Both the position numbers and the translations under genes were made by a program. 36,395 nt of DNA from an uncultured Acidobacteriota bacterium. Its GTDB lineage: Bacteria; Acidobacteriota; Polarisedimenticolia; Polarisedimenticolales; JAIQFR01. The stretch's first letter is position 1. Each line of letters starts with the position of its first letter. Shown here one piece after another: positions 23,789 through 34,330 of the stretch. The stretch spans positions 1 to 36,395 of the forward strand of contig CAZPWK010000002.1 of NCBI GenBank assembly GCA_964590285.1, written 5' to 3'. Under the pieces are notes generated by a model, which saw only the letters and a list, made by a program, of their open reading frames with translations, was not told the origin of the DNA and ran no database searches.

Positions 23789-25159
23789 TCACTCCTCGAT
23801 CTCGATCCCGCCGGGAGGCTCGCGCACGATCCCGAGCTCGAATCGGAGCGCTCCCTCGAGTTCCGGGTGACGGAACGGAAACCCCGCATCGAGGAGCCTC
23901 GCAGGCCGGACGCGCTGGCTGGCGAGGAGGAGGGACTCCCCCATCTCCCCCATGGCGACCCGAACGGCGGCGGCCGGAAGGGGCGCGACGGCGGGGCGGC
24001 GGAGGACGCGCCCGAGCGTCCCGGCGAACCGGGCGCTCGTCACCGGACGGGGGGCGACGACGTTCACCGGCCCGGAAATCGACTCCCGCCGGAGCACGAA
24101 GAGGACGGATCCGAGGACGTCGTCCAGCGCGACCCAGCTCCAGAACTGCCTCCCGTTCCCGATCCGCCCGCCGGCGCCGAACCGGAACGCAGGGAGCATC
24201 CTCGGGAGCGCCCCCGACGCGGCCGCCAGCACGACGCCGAGCCGGAGCGACACGACGCGGATCCCGAGCGATCCGGCCTCGGCGGCGGCCTCTTCCCAGC
24301 GGCGCGCGACCTCGGAGAGGAACCCCTCGCCCGGGGCCGAGGACTCGTCGAGATCCTCCTCCCCTCGGTCGCCGTAGTATCCGACCGCCGACGCGCACAC
24401 GAGAACGCGCGGCCGGGCCGCCGAGCCGGCCATCGCCCGGACGAGGGCGCGCGTCCCGTCGACCCGGCTGCCCAGGATCCGCCCCTTGCGCTCGGGGCTC
24501 CACCGCCCGCCGCCCACGCTCTCCCCCGCCCAATGGACGACGGCGTCGAGCCCCTCGAGCGAAGCCGGAGCGAGGCCCGCGCCGGGGCGCGCGAGCCCGA
24601 CGACCCGGTGGCCGCCCGTCTCCAGGAACGGGCGGAGCGCGGACCCGACGAGGCCCGACGACCCGGTGACGCCGACCCGCAGGGGAGGGCCGACCGAGGC
24701 GGCGTGCCGCTCGAGGTCCGCGCCGGTCACCTCGTGCCGCCACCGGAACATCCGGCGGAGCCTCCTCCTCGTGAGGGGCCCGCCGATCGCGGCGCCGAGC
24801 GGTCCCAGCGGGAGGGCGTACTCGATCCGGTCCTCGAGAACCGACTCTCCCTCTCCCGCGGGCTCGAAGCGATGCTCGTGCACCCACCGCGCGAACGGGC
24901 CTTCGACCTGCGTGTCGACGAACCTCCGGCCGACCTCGTACGCGGAGTGCTCTGCCACCCAGCGGAGGCGAAGCGGGCCGGCGCTCACGCGCAGCACGGC
25001 GCGCGCGCCGTCCCCGATCCCCCGGGGGCGCTCGAGGACCTCGACCCGCTCCCAGGGAGGCGTCAGCCTCTCGAGCGCTCCCGGGCGCTCGTGCCAGCGA
25101 AACGCCTCGGCCGCCGGCGCGGGCAATCGCGATCGCGCGACGAACCTCTCACCGTCCAT
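23789..25159 (-). CDS. fusion of an SRPBCC (START/polyketide-cyclase-like) domain with a TIGR01777/YfcH-type NAD-dependent epimerase-like domain (DUF1731 C-terminus); 456 aa
   Basis: ATG 25159 is preceded by GGAGGTTCG. The N-terminal ~150 aa (FRWHERPGALERLTPPW...WVHEHRFEP) is SRPBCC-like. It is followed by the Rossmann motif VGVTGSSGLVGSAL and the YfcH-type tail QRVRPARLLDAGFPFRHPELEGAL. Confidence 0.88.
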   Translation of the reverse strand: MDGERFVARSRLPAPAAEAFRWHERPGALERLTPPWERVEVLERPRGIGDGARAVLRVSAGPLRLRWVAEHSAYEVGRRFVDTQVEGPFARWVHEHRFEPAGEGESVLEDRIEYALPLGPLGAAIGGPLTRRRLRRMFRWRHEVTGADLERHAASVGPPLRVGVTGSSGLVGSALRPFLETGGHRVVGLARPGAGLAPASLEGLDAVVHWAGESVGGGRWSPERKGRILGSRVDGTRALVRAMAGSAARPRVLVCASAVGYYGDRGEEDLDESSAPGEGFLSEVARRWEEAAAEAGSLGIRVVSLRLGVVLAAASGALPRMLPAFRFGAGGRIGNGRQFWSWVALDDVLGSVLFVLRRESISGPVNVVAPRPVTSARFAGTLGRVLRRPAVAPLPAAAVRVAMGEMGESLLLASQRVRPARLLDAGFPFRHPELEGALRFELGIVREPPGGIEIEE

Positions 25160-25194
25160 CGAACCTCCACGGCGCCGCCGCCGCCGGGCCCCGA

Positions 25195-26355
25195 TCATAC
25201 CGGCGGGCGGTTCCCCTCGCCGTAGCCGGTCAGCTCGACGTAGCCGCGCCCGACGGGCCGCCCCGAGCCGTCGCGCACGGACACGGAGCCCTCCCAGTAG
25301 AACGGCGCGCGCGGCGTCCGCGGAACGTTCTCCTGGTCGGGGAAGTCGGGGACGACTTCGAGCGCGATCCCCTCCGACGGAACCTCGATCCTCCAGCGCG
25401 CCGGATACGTCGCCCCCGTCGCGTCGCTGGTCCAGGCGCCGAGGGACCGGACCGACCAGTCCTCCGCCCCGAGCAGGCGGAGACCGCCGTCCGGCGCGAC
25501 CCGCGTGCCGTTCCGGACGCCGGCGCTCCCGTCCCTCTCGCGGAGCGCGTAGAGCATGAGGTCGCGGCCGTCGTCGAGCCGGAGCGCGAACCAGTCCCAC
25601 CCGACCTGCTCCTCGGAGAGCTGCGAGGAGCCGAACTCCTTGTCCATCCAGGACTCGCCCGAGACGGAGACCTCTCTCCCGTCGAGGACGACGGTGCCTC
25701 GGGTCGCCAGCCTCGTCAGGCTGTAGTACTGGCTCGCGGCGCCCGGCGCTTCCCCCTTCCGGCTCAGGCCGTTCGGCCCCTGCAGCACGACCGGCCGCTC
25801 GGCCCGCGTCGAGAGCTTCAGGCGGAACCGCCCGGCGTCGTCCCGGGCCTCGAGATCGAACCCCTCCCCGTTCCACCGGAGCGTCCACGCCCCGTCCGTG
25901 CCCGGGGGCCCGTGGACCCGGGCGATCTCCGGGTCGGGGTGCGATCCGAACGACGCGAAGAGGGGCGCGTCCCGGTGCACCATCTCCGAGAACCTGTGCT
26001 CCCGCCGATCGAGATCGGAGATCGCCGCGTGGCCCATCGCGACGCCGGAGACGGCCCAGTCGGAGCGAAACGGGGGGCGGGCGTCGAGGAGGCCGATCCG
26101 GAAGAGCGTGAACTGGTATCCGAAGCGCCGGACCTCCGGACCCTCCGAGGCGAGATGGCCGGTGAAGTACCACCACTCGGTCCGGTACCCGTCGTGGGCC
26201 CAGTGGTCGCGGGGGAACGACCACGGGTAGTCGGGCACCGCGATCCGGAAGCCCCCCGAGGCCGCCGCACCCGCCGCCGAGAGGACGAGCGCGAGCCCGA
26301 GCGCGCGCCGGGCGCGCGATCCGCGTCGCGACGCGCGGCGGTCAGAGGTCGTCAC
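25195..26355 (-). CDS. AttH/CrtC-like (hydroxyneurosporene-synthase fold) lipocalin-like secreted protein, 386 aa
   Basis: GTG 26355 overlaps the permease 3' end by 14 nt. The leader is RR-containing (RRASRRGSRARRALGLALVLSAAGAAAS). FPRDHWAHDGYRTEWWYFTGHL, YQFTLFR, SQYYSLTRL and GESWMDKEFGS are typical of the AttH/CrtC family. Confidence 0.85.
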   Translation of the reverse strand: MTTSDRRASRRGSRARRALGLALVLSAAGAAASGGFRIAVPDYPWSFPRDHWAHDGYRTEWWYFTGHLASEGPEVRRFGYQFTLFRIGLLDARPPFRSDWAVSGVAMGHAAISDLDRREHRFSEMVHRDAPLFASFGSHPDPEIARVHGPPGTDGAWTLRWNGEGFDLEARDDAGRFRLKLSTRAERPVVLQGPNGLSRKGEAPGAASQYYSLTRLATRGTVVLDGREVSVSGESWMDKEFGSSQLSEEQVGWDWFALRLDDGRDLMLYALRERDGSAGVRNGTRVAPDGGLRLLGAEDWSVRSLGAWTSDATGATYPARWRIEVPSEGIALEVVPDFPDQENVPRTPRAPFYWEGSVSVRDGSGRPVGRGYVELTGYGEGNRPPV

Positions 26356-28867
26356 GGCGGAGCTCCGTCGCGGGCGTGCGGCTCGCCCGGATCGCGGGGT
26401 AGAGGCTCGCGGCCGCCGCCGCAGCGAGGAGGGCCGCAGCCTGGACGGCCAGCGTGGCCGCGGGCCAAGAGGGAACGATCGTCCATCCGAAGTACGCCCG
26501 GTTGACGAGCCGGATCAGGACGAGCGCGAGAGCCGCGCCTCCGGGGATCCCGAGAAGGATTCCGAGCCCCGCCATCCCGACCCCCTCGCCGAGGAACACC
26601 CGGAGGATGCGCCGCCTGCCGGCGCCGAGGGCCCGGTAGAGCGCGAGCTCCGAAACGCGCTCGCGCGCGAGGACGAGGAGGGTGAGCGTGATCCCGGCGA
26701 CGGCGATGAGGAGCGCCATCCCCTGGAGCAGGCGGGTCACGGCAAACGTCTGGTCGAAGATCGCGAGGATCTCCTCGCGGAGCCTCCGGTTGCTCAGCAG
26801 CTCGAGGGGAGCCTCGGGGAATCGCTCCCGGATCCGGTCCATGACCCGCTCGGGGTCCGCGCCCGGCTCCAGGTAGAGGTCCACGTTCGTCAGGCCGGCA
26901 GGACCGAAGCGGGACTCGAGGGCCGCGAGGTCGAGGACGGCCGAGCCGTGCTCCTCCGCGTAGTCGAGGTAGATGCCGGCGATCGGGATCTCGAAGTCCC
27001 CGCCGGGCGCGGTCAGCGGCAGCCGGTCCCCGACCCGGAGTCCCGCCTTCCGGGCCAGGGGCTCTCCGATCATCGCCGCCTCGCCGGCGGCGACGCGCCG
27101 GATCGCGTCGGCGCGGTCCCCCTCGATCAGGGGAAAACGCCCCTCGCCGCCGGGCATGGCGACGTCGCGGCCGACGAGGGCGATGCTTCGCCCGCCGGAG
27201 TGCGCGCGCGTCCGCCGCAGGCGGTCCGCCGACCGGACGCCGGGGAGGGCGACGAGCGCATCGACGATCGCCGGGTCGAGAACGGCCGTCTCGCGGGCCC
27301 GCCTCCACGACTCGGTCGTCACGTACACGTCGGCCCGGATCGTGGAGTCGATCCACGCTTCCAGGGTCCGGCGGAAGCTCCCGACCATGATCGTGATCCC
27401 GACGAGCATCGTCACCGCGATCCCCAGCGCCGCGACCGCGAACGAGGTCGTGCCGAGCTTGACGCCGAGCGCCTTGACGCCGTAGGCGAGGCCAAACCCT
27501 CGCGCGCGGACGAGCCCGGAGACGGCGCGGAGGAGCCACGGCGTCATCAGCGGGAGGGCGATCAGGAGCCCGAGCGCGACGACGAATCCCGCGGGCCTCC
27601 ACTCCCTCCCGAGAACCGCGTACCAGAGGCCGGTCCCAGCCAGGATCGCGCCCCCCGCGGCGAGCAGGCGTCTTGCGGCCTTGCCGACCCGCTCGTGGAG
27701 GGAGAAGGGCGCCAGGAGCGTCCGCGTGTCCCGCCGGCTCAGCTCGAGCGCCGGCAGGAAGGCCCCCGCGACGGCGCCGCCGAGGCCCACCGCGACGGCC
27801 AGCGCGAGCACGGAGGGCTCGAGCCGGAGCGATCCGATCCCCTCGAGGAGATAGAGGTTCGAAAGCGTCTCGCTCACCGCCTCGACGTTCGCCGCGGCCG
27901 CCCAGTAGCCGATCGGGATCCCCAGCGCCGTGCCCAGGACCCCGAACAGGCCGACCTCGGCCAGGACGATCGCCAGGACCTGCCGCCGAGTCGTGCCGAG
28001 CGAACGAAGGAGGCCGAACTCCGCCCTCCGCCGCACGAGCGCCGCCTGCGTCGTCGTGTGGACGAGGAACGCGCCGACGAGCAGGCTGATCAGGGAGAGC
28101 GCGGTCAGGTTCAGCCGGAAGGCCGAGAGGAGCCCAGCGGCCTGGCTTCGGCGCTGCTCCGGCGTCAGCACCTGGGCGGCGGCTCCCAGCCTCCGCGCGA
28201 GCCTCGCGGCGACCTCGGCTCGGTCCGCGCCCGCGGCGAGCTTGACGTCCACCTGGTGGACGGCGCCCCCGAGGCCGAGCGCGTCCTGGGCCTGGGCGAT
28301 GTCCAGAACGACGAGCCGGTCGCCCGCGAGGGGCGACACCTTCCGGAAGTCGACGAGGAGCCCGACCCGCAGCGCGAGCCGCCGGCTTCCGCTCGTCGCC
28401 CCGAAGACGTCGCCGACCTTCCATCCCCGCTCCCGCGCCAGCCTCTCCGACACCGCGGCCCAGCCCGGCTCGCCGAGCGCCGCGGCGACCTCCCCGGCGG
28501 GCACGTCCCAGGGGAACCAGACCGGCGCCAGGAAGTCCACGCCGACGAGATCCAGGAACGTCTCGCCGGGGCCCTCGAGCTTGACCGGCGTCCGGACGAC
28601 CGGCCACGCGGCCTCGACTCCGCGCTCCGACAGCGCCTCCCGGACCCACGAGTCGGGGACGGTCGGGACCTTCCCGAGGACCGTCAGATCCGCCTCGCCG
28701 CTGACGGCCCGGAGCCCCCCCTCGAAGGCGCCCAGCGCGCTGCCGTTGAGGATCTGGATCGAGAGCACGGAGGCGACGCCCAGGGCGACTCCGAGAACGC
28801 CGAGGACGAGCAGGGTCCGGCCCGCCCGGAAGTGCGCCGCGAGGCCGCGCAGGAAGACGCGGATCAC
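26342..28867 (-). CDS. ABC transporter permease with two FtsX/MacB-type domains (~841 aa)
   Basis: Two FtsX-type 4-TM modules are separated by large periplasmic domains. The preferred start is GTG 28867 (VIRVFLRGLAAHFRAGRTLLVLGVLGVALGVA, the usual FtsX N-terminus), which overlaps the ATPase stop as GTGA. The ORF-track start at 28900 is an alternative. Confidence 0.9.
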   Translation of the reverse strand: MIRVFLRGLAAHFRAGRTLLVLGVLGVALGVASVLSIQILNGSALGAFEGGLRAVSGEADLTVLGKVPTVPDSWVREALSERGVEAAWPVVRTPVKLEGPGETFLDLVGVDFLAPVWFPWDVPAGEVAAALGEPGWAAVSERLARERGWKVGDVFGATSGSRRLALRVGLLVDFRKVSPLAGDRLVVLDIAQAQDALGLGGAVHQVDVKLAAGADRAEVAARLARRLGAAAQVLTPEQRRSQAAGLLSAFRLNLTALSLISLLVGAFLVHTTTQAALVRRRAEFGLLRSLGTTRRQVLAIVLAEVGLFGVLGTALGIPIGYWAAAANVEAVSETLSNLYLLEGIGSLRLEPSVLALAVAVGLGGAVAGAFLPALELSRRDTRTLLAPFSLHERVGKAARRLLAAGGAILAGTGLWYAVLGREWRPAGFVVALGLLIALPLMTPWLLRAVSGLVRARGFGLAYGVKALGVKLGTTSFAVAALGIAVTMLVGITIMVGSFRRTLEAWIDSTIRADVYVTTESWRRARETAVLDPAIVDALVALPGVRSADRLRRTRAHSGGRSIALVGRDVAMPGGEGRFPLIEGDRADAIRRVAAGEAAMIGEPLARKAGLRVGDRLPLTAPGGDFEIPIAGIYLDYAEEHGSAVLDLAALESRFGPAGLTNVDLYLEPGADPERVMDRIRERFPEAPLELLSNRRLREEILAIFDQTFAVTRLLQGMALLIAVAGITLTLLVLARERVSELALYRALGAGRRRILRVFLGEGVGMAGLGILLGIPGGAALALVLIRLVNRAYFGWTIVPSWPAATLAVQAAALLAAAAAASLYPAIRASRTPATELRRDDL

Positions 28868-29544
28868 GGCCGCTCGAGGACGCCGCTTCCGAGACGCCAC
28901 GTCTCGTCGGCGAGAGAAGCCAGATCGAGGCTGTGGGTCACGTAGACGAGCGCGCTACGCTCCACGCGGGCGAGCCGGAGGAGGACGACCAACACGCGCC
29001 GCCAGTGCTCGTCGTCCAGGTTCCCGGTGGGCTCGTCGGCGAGGAGGAGCCTCGGCTTCCGGAGGAGCGCGCGGCAGATCGCCACGCGCTGCATCTCCCC
29101 GCCGCTGAGCTTCTGGACCGGGCTCGCCTCGCGCGATTCGAGCCCGACCCGCGAGAGGAGGTGGCGCGCCCTCGGCGCCCTGTCCCGATCGCGCTCCCCC
29201 GCGATCCAGGCGGGGAGCATCACGTTGTCCAGGACGGAGAGATGCGAGAGCAGGTGGAAGAACTGGAAGACGAGGCCGACGGAGTCGCGCCGCAGGCGGG
29301 TGCGCTCCCCCTCGTCGAGACGGGACAGGTCCCGGCCGAGGATCGCGACCTCCCCCTCGGTCGGCACGTCGATCCCCGCAGCCAGGTGGAGGAGCGTGGA
29401 CTTGCCGCTCCCGCTGCGGCCGGTCACGGCGATCGCGCGTCCCTCCGGGACCGAGAACGAGACGTCGCGGAGCGCGACGAGGCTCTCCCCTCCCTCCTGC
29501 TCGTACCTCTTGGATACGCTTCGGAACTCGAGGATCGGCGCCAC
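28864..29544 (-). CDS. ABC transporter ATP-binding protein, LolD/MacB-type (226 aa)
   Basis: Walker A GRSGSGKSTLLH, Q-loop, signature LSGGEMQRVAICRAL, Walker B LLLADEPTGNLD. GTG 29544 has its RBS GAGGGAGGGCCG embedded in the 3' end of the upstream M16 gene (10-nt gap). Confidence 0.95.
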   Translation of the reverse strand: MAPILEFRSVSKRYEQEGGESLVALRDVSFSVPEGRAIAVTGRSGSGKSTLLHLAAGIDVPTEGEVAILGRDLSRLDEGERTRLRRDSVGLVFQFFHLLSHLSVLDNVMLPAWIAGERDRDRAPRARHLLSRVGLESREASPVQKLSGGEMQRVAICRALLRKPRLLLADEPTGNLDDEHWRRVLVVLLRLARVERSALVYVTHSLDLASLADETWRLGSGVLERP

Positions 29545-29554
29545 CGGCCCTCCC

Positions 29555-30841
29555 TCACTCCGGCCGCAGGGTGATCATCGTGAAGCGCTCCGGGTCGTAG
29601 AAGCTCCGAACGAACGCGTTCACGTCCTCGAGGGACAGCGACGCCGCTTCCTCCGCTTGGCGGTCGAGGAAGCCGTACGGAAGGCCGTGACGCTTCTCCG
29701 TCATCGCGTCGGCGAGCCGGTCGTCCGGCGACTCGCGCCGGAACGCCCGCCTTCCGACGACGTTGCCGGCCGCGAGCGCGCGCTCCTCCTCCGAGATCCC
29801 CGCCTCGTGAAACCGCGCCAGGACCTCGCGGATCTTCCGCTCCATCTCCCCCGCGTTCTCGGCCTTCGTGAAGCTGACGAGGGCGTACGGCCCCGGATCG
29901 GTCTCCCCGAGGTCGACGACCGCGGCGCCGTACGTGTCCCCCGCCTCCTGGCGGAGGGCGACCATGAGGCGCGAGTTGAAGTGCCCTCCGAGCGCGTGGT
30001 CCGCGATCCCGGAGGCGGGACGATCGGGGTCGAGCCGCCCGACGGACTCCCGTCCGAAGGCGAGGTAGGCCTGCGTGAGGCGCGGGAGCCCGACCGAGAC
30101 GATCCTCGGCCGGCTCTCCGACGTCGAAACCGGTCCGAGCCTCGGCGCGAGGTCCGGAGGCGCGTCGGACGACGCCGGGGGGAGCAGCCCCTCGCCGAGC
30201 CTCCTCGCCTCCCCGAGCGTCAGATCGCCCGCGAGGCCGACGACCCTCCCGGGCAGCCGGACCAGGACGTCCCGGGCCGCCCCGAGCTTCTCCGGATCCG
30301 TCGTCGGGGCCTTCGGCTTCTCGAACCGGCGACGCCTAGGATCGTCGGGCCGGAACAGGAGCCTCGCCGCGGCCCGGGCCAGGACGAACCGGGGCTCCTT
30401 CAGGGAGGCGCGGAAGGCCAGATCCGCCGCCTTGCGCCGCCTCCGCAGCTCGGCCCGGTCGAGGTCGCGGTTCGCCAGGATCGCGCGGACGAGATCGAGC
30501 GCGGCCGGCAGGTCCTCCTTCCGGCAGCAGACGCCGAGCGACGCGGCGCGGGTCCCCCCGGAAACCTCGACGTCCGCGGGGATCCGGTCGGCGCGCCGTT
30601 GCAACTCTCCTGCGGAGTCGCGAAGCTGGGACTCGAAGGCGAACGCCGCGTCGTGCGTCTCGGCCCAGTGGCTCCACGAGCCGGCCGCGAACTCGATCCG
30701 CAGGAAGACGATCGGAACGCGGTGGTCCTCGACGAGGAGCCCGGTCGTTCCCCCGTCGATCGCCCACTCCTCGACGGCGGAGGCCGCCGCCACCGCGAGG
30801 GCCGACGCGGCCAGAAGGGCGAGGCGAGCCGGCGCGCGCAT
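29555..30841 (-). CDS. M16-family peptidase-like protein lacking the HxxEH motif (non-catalytic partner), secreted, 428 aa
   Basis: ATG 30841 overlaps the upstream stop (TGATG). Signal [22 protein letters not shown]. It has M16 N/C-domain architecture ([21 protein letters not shown]) but no zinc-binding HxxEH. Confidence 0.85.
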   Translation of the reverse strand: MRAPARLALLAASALAVAAASAVEEWAIDGGTTGLLVEDHRVPIVFLRIEFAAGSWSHWAETHDAAFAFESQLRDSAGELQRRADRIPADVEVSGGTRAASLGVCCRKEDLPAALDLVRAILANRDLDRAELRRRRKAADLAFRASLKEPRFVLARAAARLLFRPDDPRRRRFEKPKAPTTDPEKLGAARDVLVRLPGRVVGLAGDLTLGEARRLGEGLLPPASSDAPPDLAPRLGPVSTSESRPRIVSVGLPRLTQAYLAFGRESVGRLDPDRPASGIADHALGGHFNSRLMVALRQEAGDTYGAAVVDLGETDPGPYALVSFTKAENAGEMERKIREVLARFHEAGISEEERALAAGNVVGRRAFRRESPDDRLADAMTEKRHGLPYGFLDRQAEEAASLSLEDVNAFVRSFYDPERFTMITLRPE

Positions 30842-32226
30842 CAGCGGCCCCCGAACAGCGGGTAGAGCCACCCGAGAAGCCGCACGTGGACCGGCACGCG
30901 CACGGGGCGGACGTAGAGCCTCACCGGCGTCGCCTCGAGCACGTACTTCCGGTAGGCCTCCCTCACCGCCTCGACCGTCACGGCGCCGAGCCTCTCCCCG
31001 CGGTCGAACGCCCGGAGCTCGTTCCCCTCCCACCAGGCCGCCCGCCCGATCGCGTCGGCGACCGAGGCCGCGCGGTAGGAGCGCCGATCGTCCTCGCGGT
31101 CGAGCCTCCGCTTGGCCGCCGCCAGGCGTCCCTCGTCGAGCCAATCGAAGCGGCCGAGGGCCTGCCGTCCCTCCTCGAGATGCCGGAACGCCGTCCCGCG
31201 CCGGCGGTACGGAAGGCTGGCCGCGTAGAAGGCGATCAGGCCCCCGCGCCGGGCCGTCAGGGTTTCCGTCCCCGCGAGCAGCGCCCTGCCCCGCCGGCGG
31301 ACCAGCTCGTCCTCGAAGGGATCGGTCGCGCTCCGGGCCAGGATCTCCTGCAGCACCTCGATCGTCGCGCGGTCCTCGCGGGCCGGCGCCGGCAGGGGGA
31401 AGAGCGTCAGCGCGACCTCGACGGGCGGGAGATCCTCCCGGAGCTCCACGAGATCGGGGTACGTCCAGCCGAGGATCTCCGGCACGTCGGGAGGCGTCTC
31501 GCCGTCCGCGGGGAGCGGGCCGAACGCGGCCCGGACCCGATCGAGGGTCGTGGGCGCGTCGACCGGCCCCACGACGACCAGGTGGGCGTTCCCCGGCCGG
31601 TAGTGGCGGCGGTAGAACTCGCGGGCGTGGTCGAGCGTCGCGGCGGCGACGTCCTCCCGCGTCCCGACCGGCGTCACGGCGTAGGGGTGCTCGCCGAGAA
31701 GCCGCTGGAGCGCCACCGTGAAGAGCCGGCCGATCGGGTCGTTCTCGGTCCCGAAGCGCAGCTCCTCGGCGACGATCCGCTTTTCGTTCTCGAGGTTCTC
31801 CTCGGTGAGCGAGAGGTTGACCATCCGGTCGGCCTCGAGCTCGATCACCCCCTCGTGGCCTGCCGGCGTGACCTCGGACACGTAGACGGTCTCGTCGAAG
31901 GACGTGTACGCGTTGACCTCGCCGCCGAACCGCTCGTGGTGGTCCCAGACCGCCCGCCTCGGATGCGACGGCGTCCCTCCGAACATCAGGTGCTCGAACA
32001 GGTGCGCGAAGCCCCGGGTCCCCGGCTCTTCGTTCGCGGACCCGATCCGATACCAGACCTGCGTCGCCACGATCGGCATGCGGAAGTCGGAGACGATCGA
32101 GACCCGGAGACCGTTCGGCAGGGTTTCCGCGACGCGGTCCGGAGGCGGGACCGACGCGGCCGCGGAAGCCGACGCGGCGAGGAGCGCGAGCGCGGCCGCA
32201 GCGAGCCACCGGTCGGCGAGCGTCAT
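30841..32226 (-). CDS. M16-family zinc metallopeptidase (pitrilysin-like, catalytic subunit), secreted, 461 aa
   Basis: ATG 32226 is preceded by GGAGGGGAACC. Signal [24 protein letters not shown]. The inverted zinc motif is [13 protein letters not shown] (HxxEH) with a downstream E in [11 protein letters not shown]. Confidence 0.9.
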   Translation of the reverse strand: MTLADRWLAAAALALLAASASAAASVPPPDRVAETLPNGLRVSIVSDFRMPIVATQVWYRIGSANEEPGTRGFAHLFEHLMFGGTPSHPRRAVWDHHERFGGEVNAYTSFDETVYVSEVTPAGHEGVIELEADRMVNLSLTEENLENEKRIVAEELRFGTENDPIGRLFTVALQRLLGEHPYAVTPVGTREDVAAATLDHAREFYRRHYRPGNAHLVVVGPVDAPTTLDRVRAAFGPLPADGETPPDVPEILGWTYPDLVELREDLPPVEVALTLFPLPAPAREDRATIEVLQEILARSATDPFEDELVRRRGRALLAGTETLTARRGGLIAFYAASLPYRRRGTAFRHLEEGRQALGRFDWLDEGRLAAAKRRLDREDDRRSYRAASVADAIGRAAWWEGNELRAFDRGERLGAVTVEAVREAYRKYVLEATPVRLYVRPVRVPVHVRLLGWLYPLFGGR

Positions 32227-32380
32227 GGTTCCCCTCCGCGGTCCGCGTGCGAGGCCGCCCCGCACCGGGTGCCCCGGGCCGGCGCCGGACGGGCTCGAAC
32301 TCTACGTCCGAAACCGGGCTTTGCCAACGCGGCGCAAAAAGGCGACGATTCCCCGGGCGGACCGGGCCCCGGAGGGCGCC

Positions 32381-34330
32381 ATGTTCCCGACACCCGACTT
32401 CCCGACTCGCGGACCCGGCCGGTCCGGCGCCCTGGGCGCCGCCGGCCTCGCATGCCTCCTGTTCCTGCCCGCCGCCGCCTCGGAGCCGCCTCTCGGCCCG
32501 GAGGACGCCATCCCGTTCGGCGATGCGCGCTGGGTCCTCGTCGACGCGGAGAGGACCGAGCACCTCGGGCGCGAGAGCCTCGCGGGCACGGCCTATCTCG
32601 ACGGCCTGCGCCTCGAGGACGGCATCGTCGAGGTCGACGTCGCCGTCACGGGAGCGACCTCGTATCCGGGCGTGACGTTCCGGATGCAGTCGACCGAGGA
32701 GTACGAGCGCGTCTACCTGCGGCCGCACCGCGCGGGCCTCTACCCGGACGCCGTCCAGTACGTGCCGGCGTTCCACGGCGTCGACGGCTGGCAGCTGTAC
32801 CATGGAGAAGGCTACACGGCCGCGGCCCGGCTCCCGCACGACCGGTGGTTCCGCCTTCGGATCGAGGTGCGCGGGCGCCAGGCCCGCGTGTTCGTCGGGG
32901 ATTCGGAGCGGCCCGCTCTCCTGGCGCACGAGCTCGAGCGCGCCCCGACGGGAGGTACGATCGGCCTGTCGGGCCCGCGGGACGGGTCCGCGTACTTCTC
33001 GAACGTCAGGGTCCGCACCGGCGCCGCGCCGGTCTTCGACCCGCCCCTGCACCGGGACGCCCGGCCGGGGGCGATCCGCCGGTGGAGGATCTCGGAGCCG
33101 TTCCGGGCCCGCTCCGCCGATCCCCTGCGGCCGCTCGCCTCGGTCGCGGAGCGCGGGCTCGCATGGAAGGACGTCGAGAGCGCCCCGTCGGGACTCGTGG
33201 ACGTCTCCCGGCACTTCGGCCGCCTCGGGAGCGAGCCCGACTCGATTCTCGCCCTCGCGGTCGTCGAGTCGGATCGCGAGAGGACGATGGCCCTCGACCT
33301 GGGATACAGCGACGAGGTCCGGGTGTTCCTCGACGGGACCCCGCTCTTCTCGGGAAACTCCGGATACCGCACTCGCGATCCGTCCTTCCTCGGCGCGATC
33401 GGCGACTTCGACACGGTGTTCCTGCCGCTCCGGAAGGGCCGGAACGAGCTGCTTCTCCTCGTGACCGAGGGGTTCGGCGGATGGGGCTTCCTGGCCGCGG
33501 ACGGAGACGCGACGTTCCTGGCGAAGGGCGTCGAGCGGGCCTGGGAGACCGAGCCGGTCTTCCGGATTCCGGAGTCCGCCGCCTGGGACGCGAAGCGCGG
33601 GGCGCTCTTCGTCTCCAACTACGACGGCTACAACCGGAGCGCCGGCGAGCCCGGCCAGTCGATCTCGCGTCTCGGACCCGACGGCGCCCTCGCGGGCCTC
33701 GACTGGCTCGCGGGCGTCCGGAACCCGACCGGTCTCGCCGTCGCGGGCGACTCGCTCTGGATCGTCGAGACGGGCGGCGTCGTCGAGGCGAGCATCCCGG
33801 AGGGGCGGATCCTCCGGAGGATCGCGGTGCCCGGCGCCGGGATGCTCAACGACGTCGCGATCGCCCCGGACGGCGCGGTCTTCGTCTCCGACTCCCGGAA
33901 GGGGGGCGTGCTGCGGATCCGGGGAGGCGAGGTCGAGGAGTGGTTGTCGGGACCCGAGTTCTCCCGCCCGAACGGTCTTCGGGTCGACGGCGCGCGGCTC
34001 CTCGTGGCCACGAACGGAGACCACCTCGTGAAGTCGGTCGACCTCGCGTCCAAGGAGACCCGGAGGGTCGCCGGCTTCGCGGAGGGGACGATCGACGGGA
34101 TCGAGGTGGACGGATCCGGCGGCGTCCTCGTCTCGATCCACGAGGGACGAATCTACCGCGTCGCTCCGGACGGGAGCATCGAGAAGCTCGTGGACACCTC
34201 GTCCCGAGGGATCGGAGCCGCGGACTTCGTCTACCTGCCCGGGGAGCGGCTCCTCGTCGTGCCGACGTTCCGCGACGGCCGCGTCGTCGCGTACCGGATC
34301 CCGGGCGGCCCGCCGGGCTTCCCGAAATGA
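32381..34330 (+). CDS. secreted three-part protein: N-terminal ConA-like/LamG jelly-roll (DUF1080-like), a middle beta-sandwich, and a C-terminal SMP-30/gluconolactonase/NHL-type beta-propeller (649 aa)
   Basis: ATG 32381 is preceded by GGAGGG. Signal [19 protein letters not shown]. The jelly-roll segment reads [10 protein letters not shown]...GVTFRMQ...[19 protein letters not shown]...GTIGLSG...AYFSNVRV. The propeller has repeats of the types [45 protein letters not shown] and [15 protein letters not shown]. Confidence 0.8.
   Translation: MFPTPDFPTRGPGRSGALGAAGLACLLFLPAAASEPPLGPEDAIPFGDARWVLVDAERTEHLGRESLAGTAYLDGLRLEDGIVEVDVAVTGATSYPGVTFRMQSTEEYERVYLRPHRAGLYPDAVQYVPAFHGVDGWQLYHGEGYTAAARLPHDRWFRLRIEVRGRQARVFVGDSERPALLAHELERAPTGGTIGLSGPRDGSAYFSNVRVRTGAAPVFDPPLHRDARPGAIRRWRISEPFRARSADPLRPLASVAERGLAWKDVESAPSGLVDVSRHFGRLGSEPDSILALAVVESDRERTMALDLGYSDEVRVFLDGTPLFSGNSGYRTRDPSFLGAIGDFDTVFLPLRKGRNELLLLVTEGFGGWGFLAADGDATFLAKGVERAWETEPVFRIPESAAWDAKRGALFVSNYDGYNRSAGEPGQSISRLGPDGALAGLDWLAGVRNPTGLAVAGDSLWIVETGGVVEASIPEGRILRRIAVPGAGMLNDVAIAPDGAVFVSDSRKGGVLRIRGGEVEEWLSGPEFSRPNGLRVDGARLLVATNGDHLVKSVDLASKETRRVAGFAEGTIDGIEVDGSGGVLVSIHEGRIYRVAPDGSIEKLVDTSSRGIGAADFVYLPGERLLVVPTFRDGRVVAYRIPGGPPGFPK

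Noticed and set aside
30886-34326. Upstream 1,147 codons of the 1,775-aa plus-strand ORF, and the 1,528-aa minus ORF 29555-34141
   Set aside because: Only the terminal parts correspond to real genes (the YyaL-like gene from 34327 and the M16-like gene up to 30841). The remainder is R/P/G-rich read-through across genes encoded in other frames or on the other strand.
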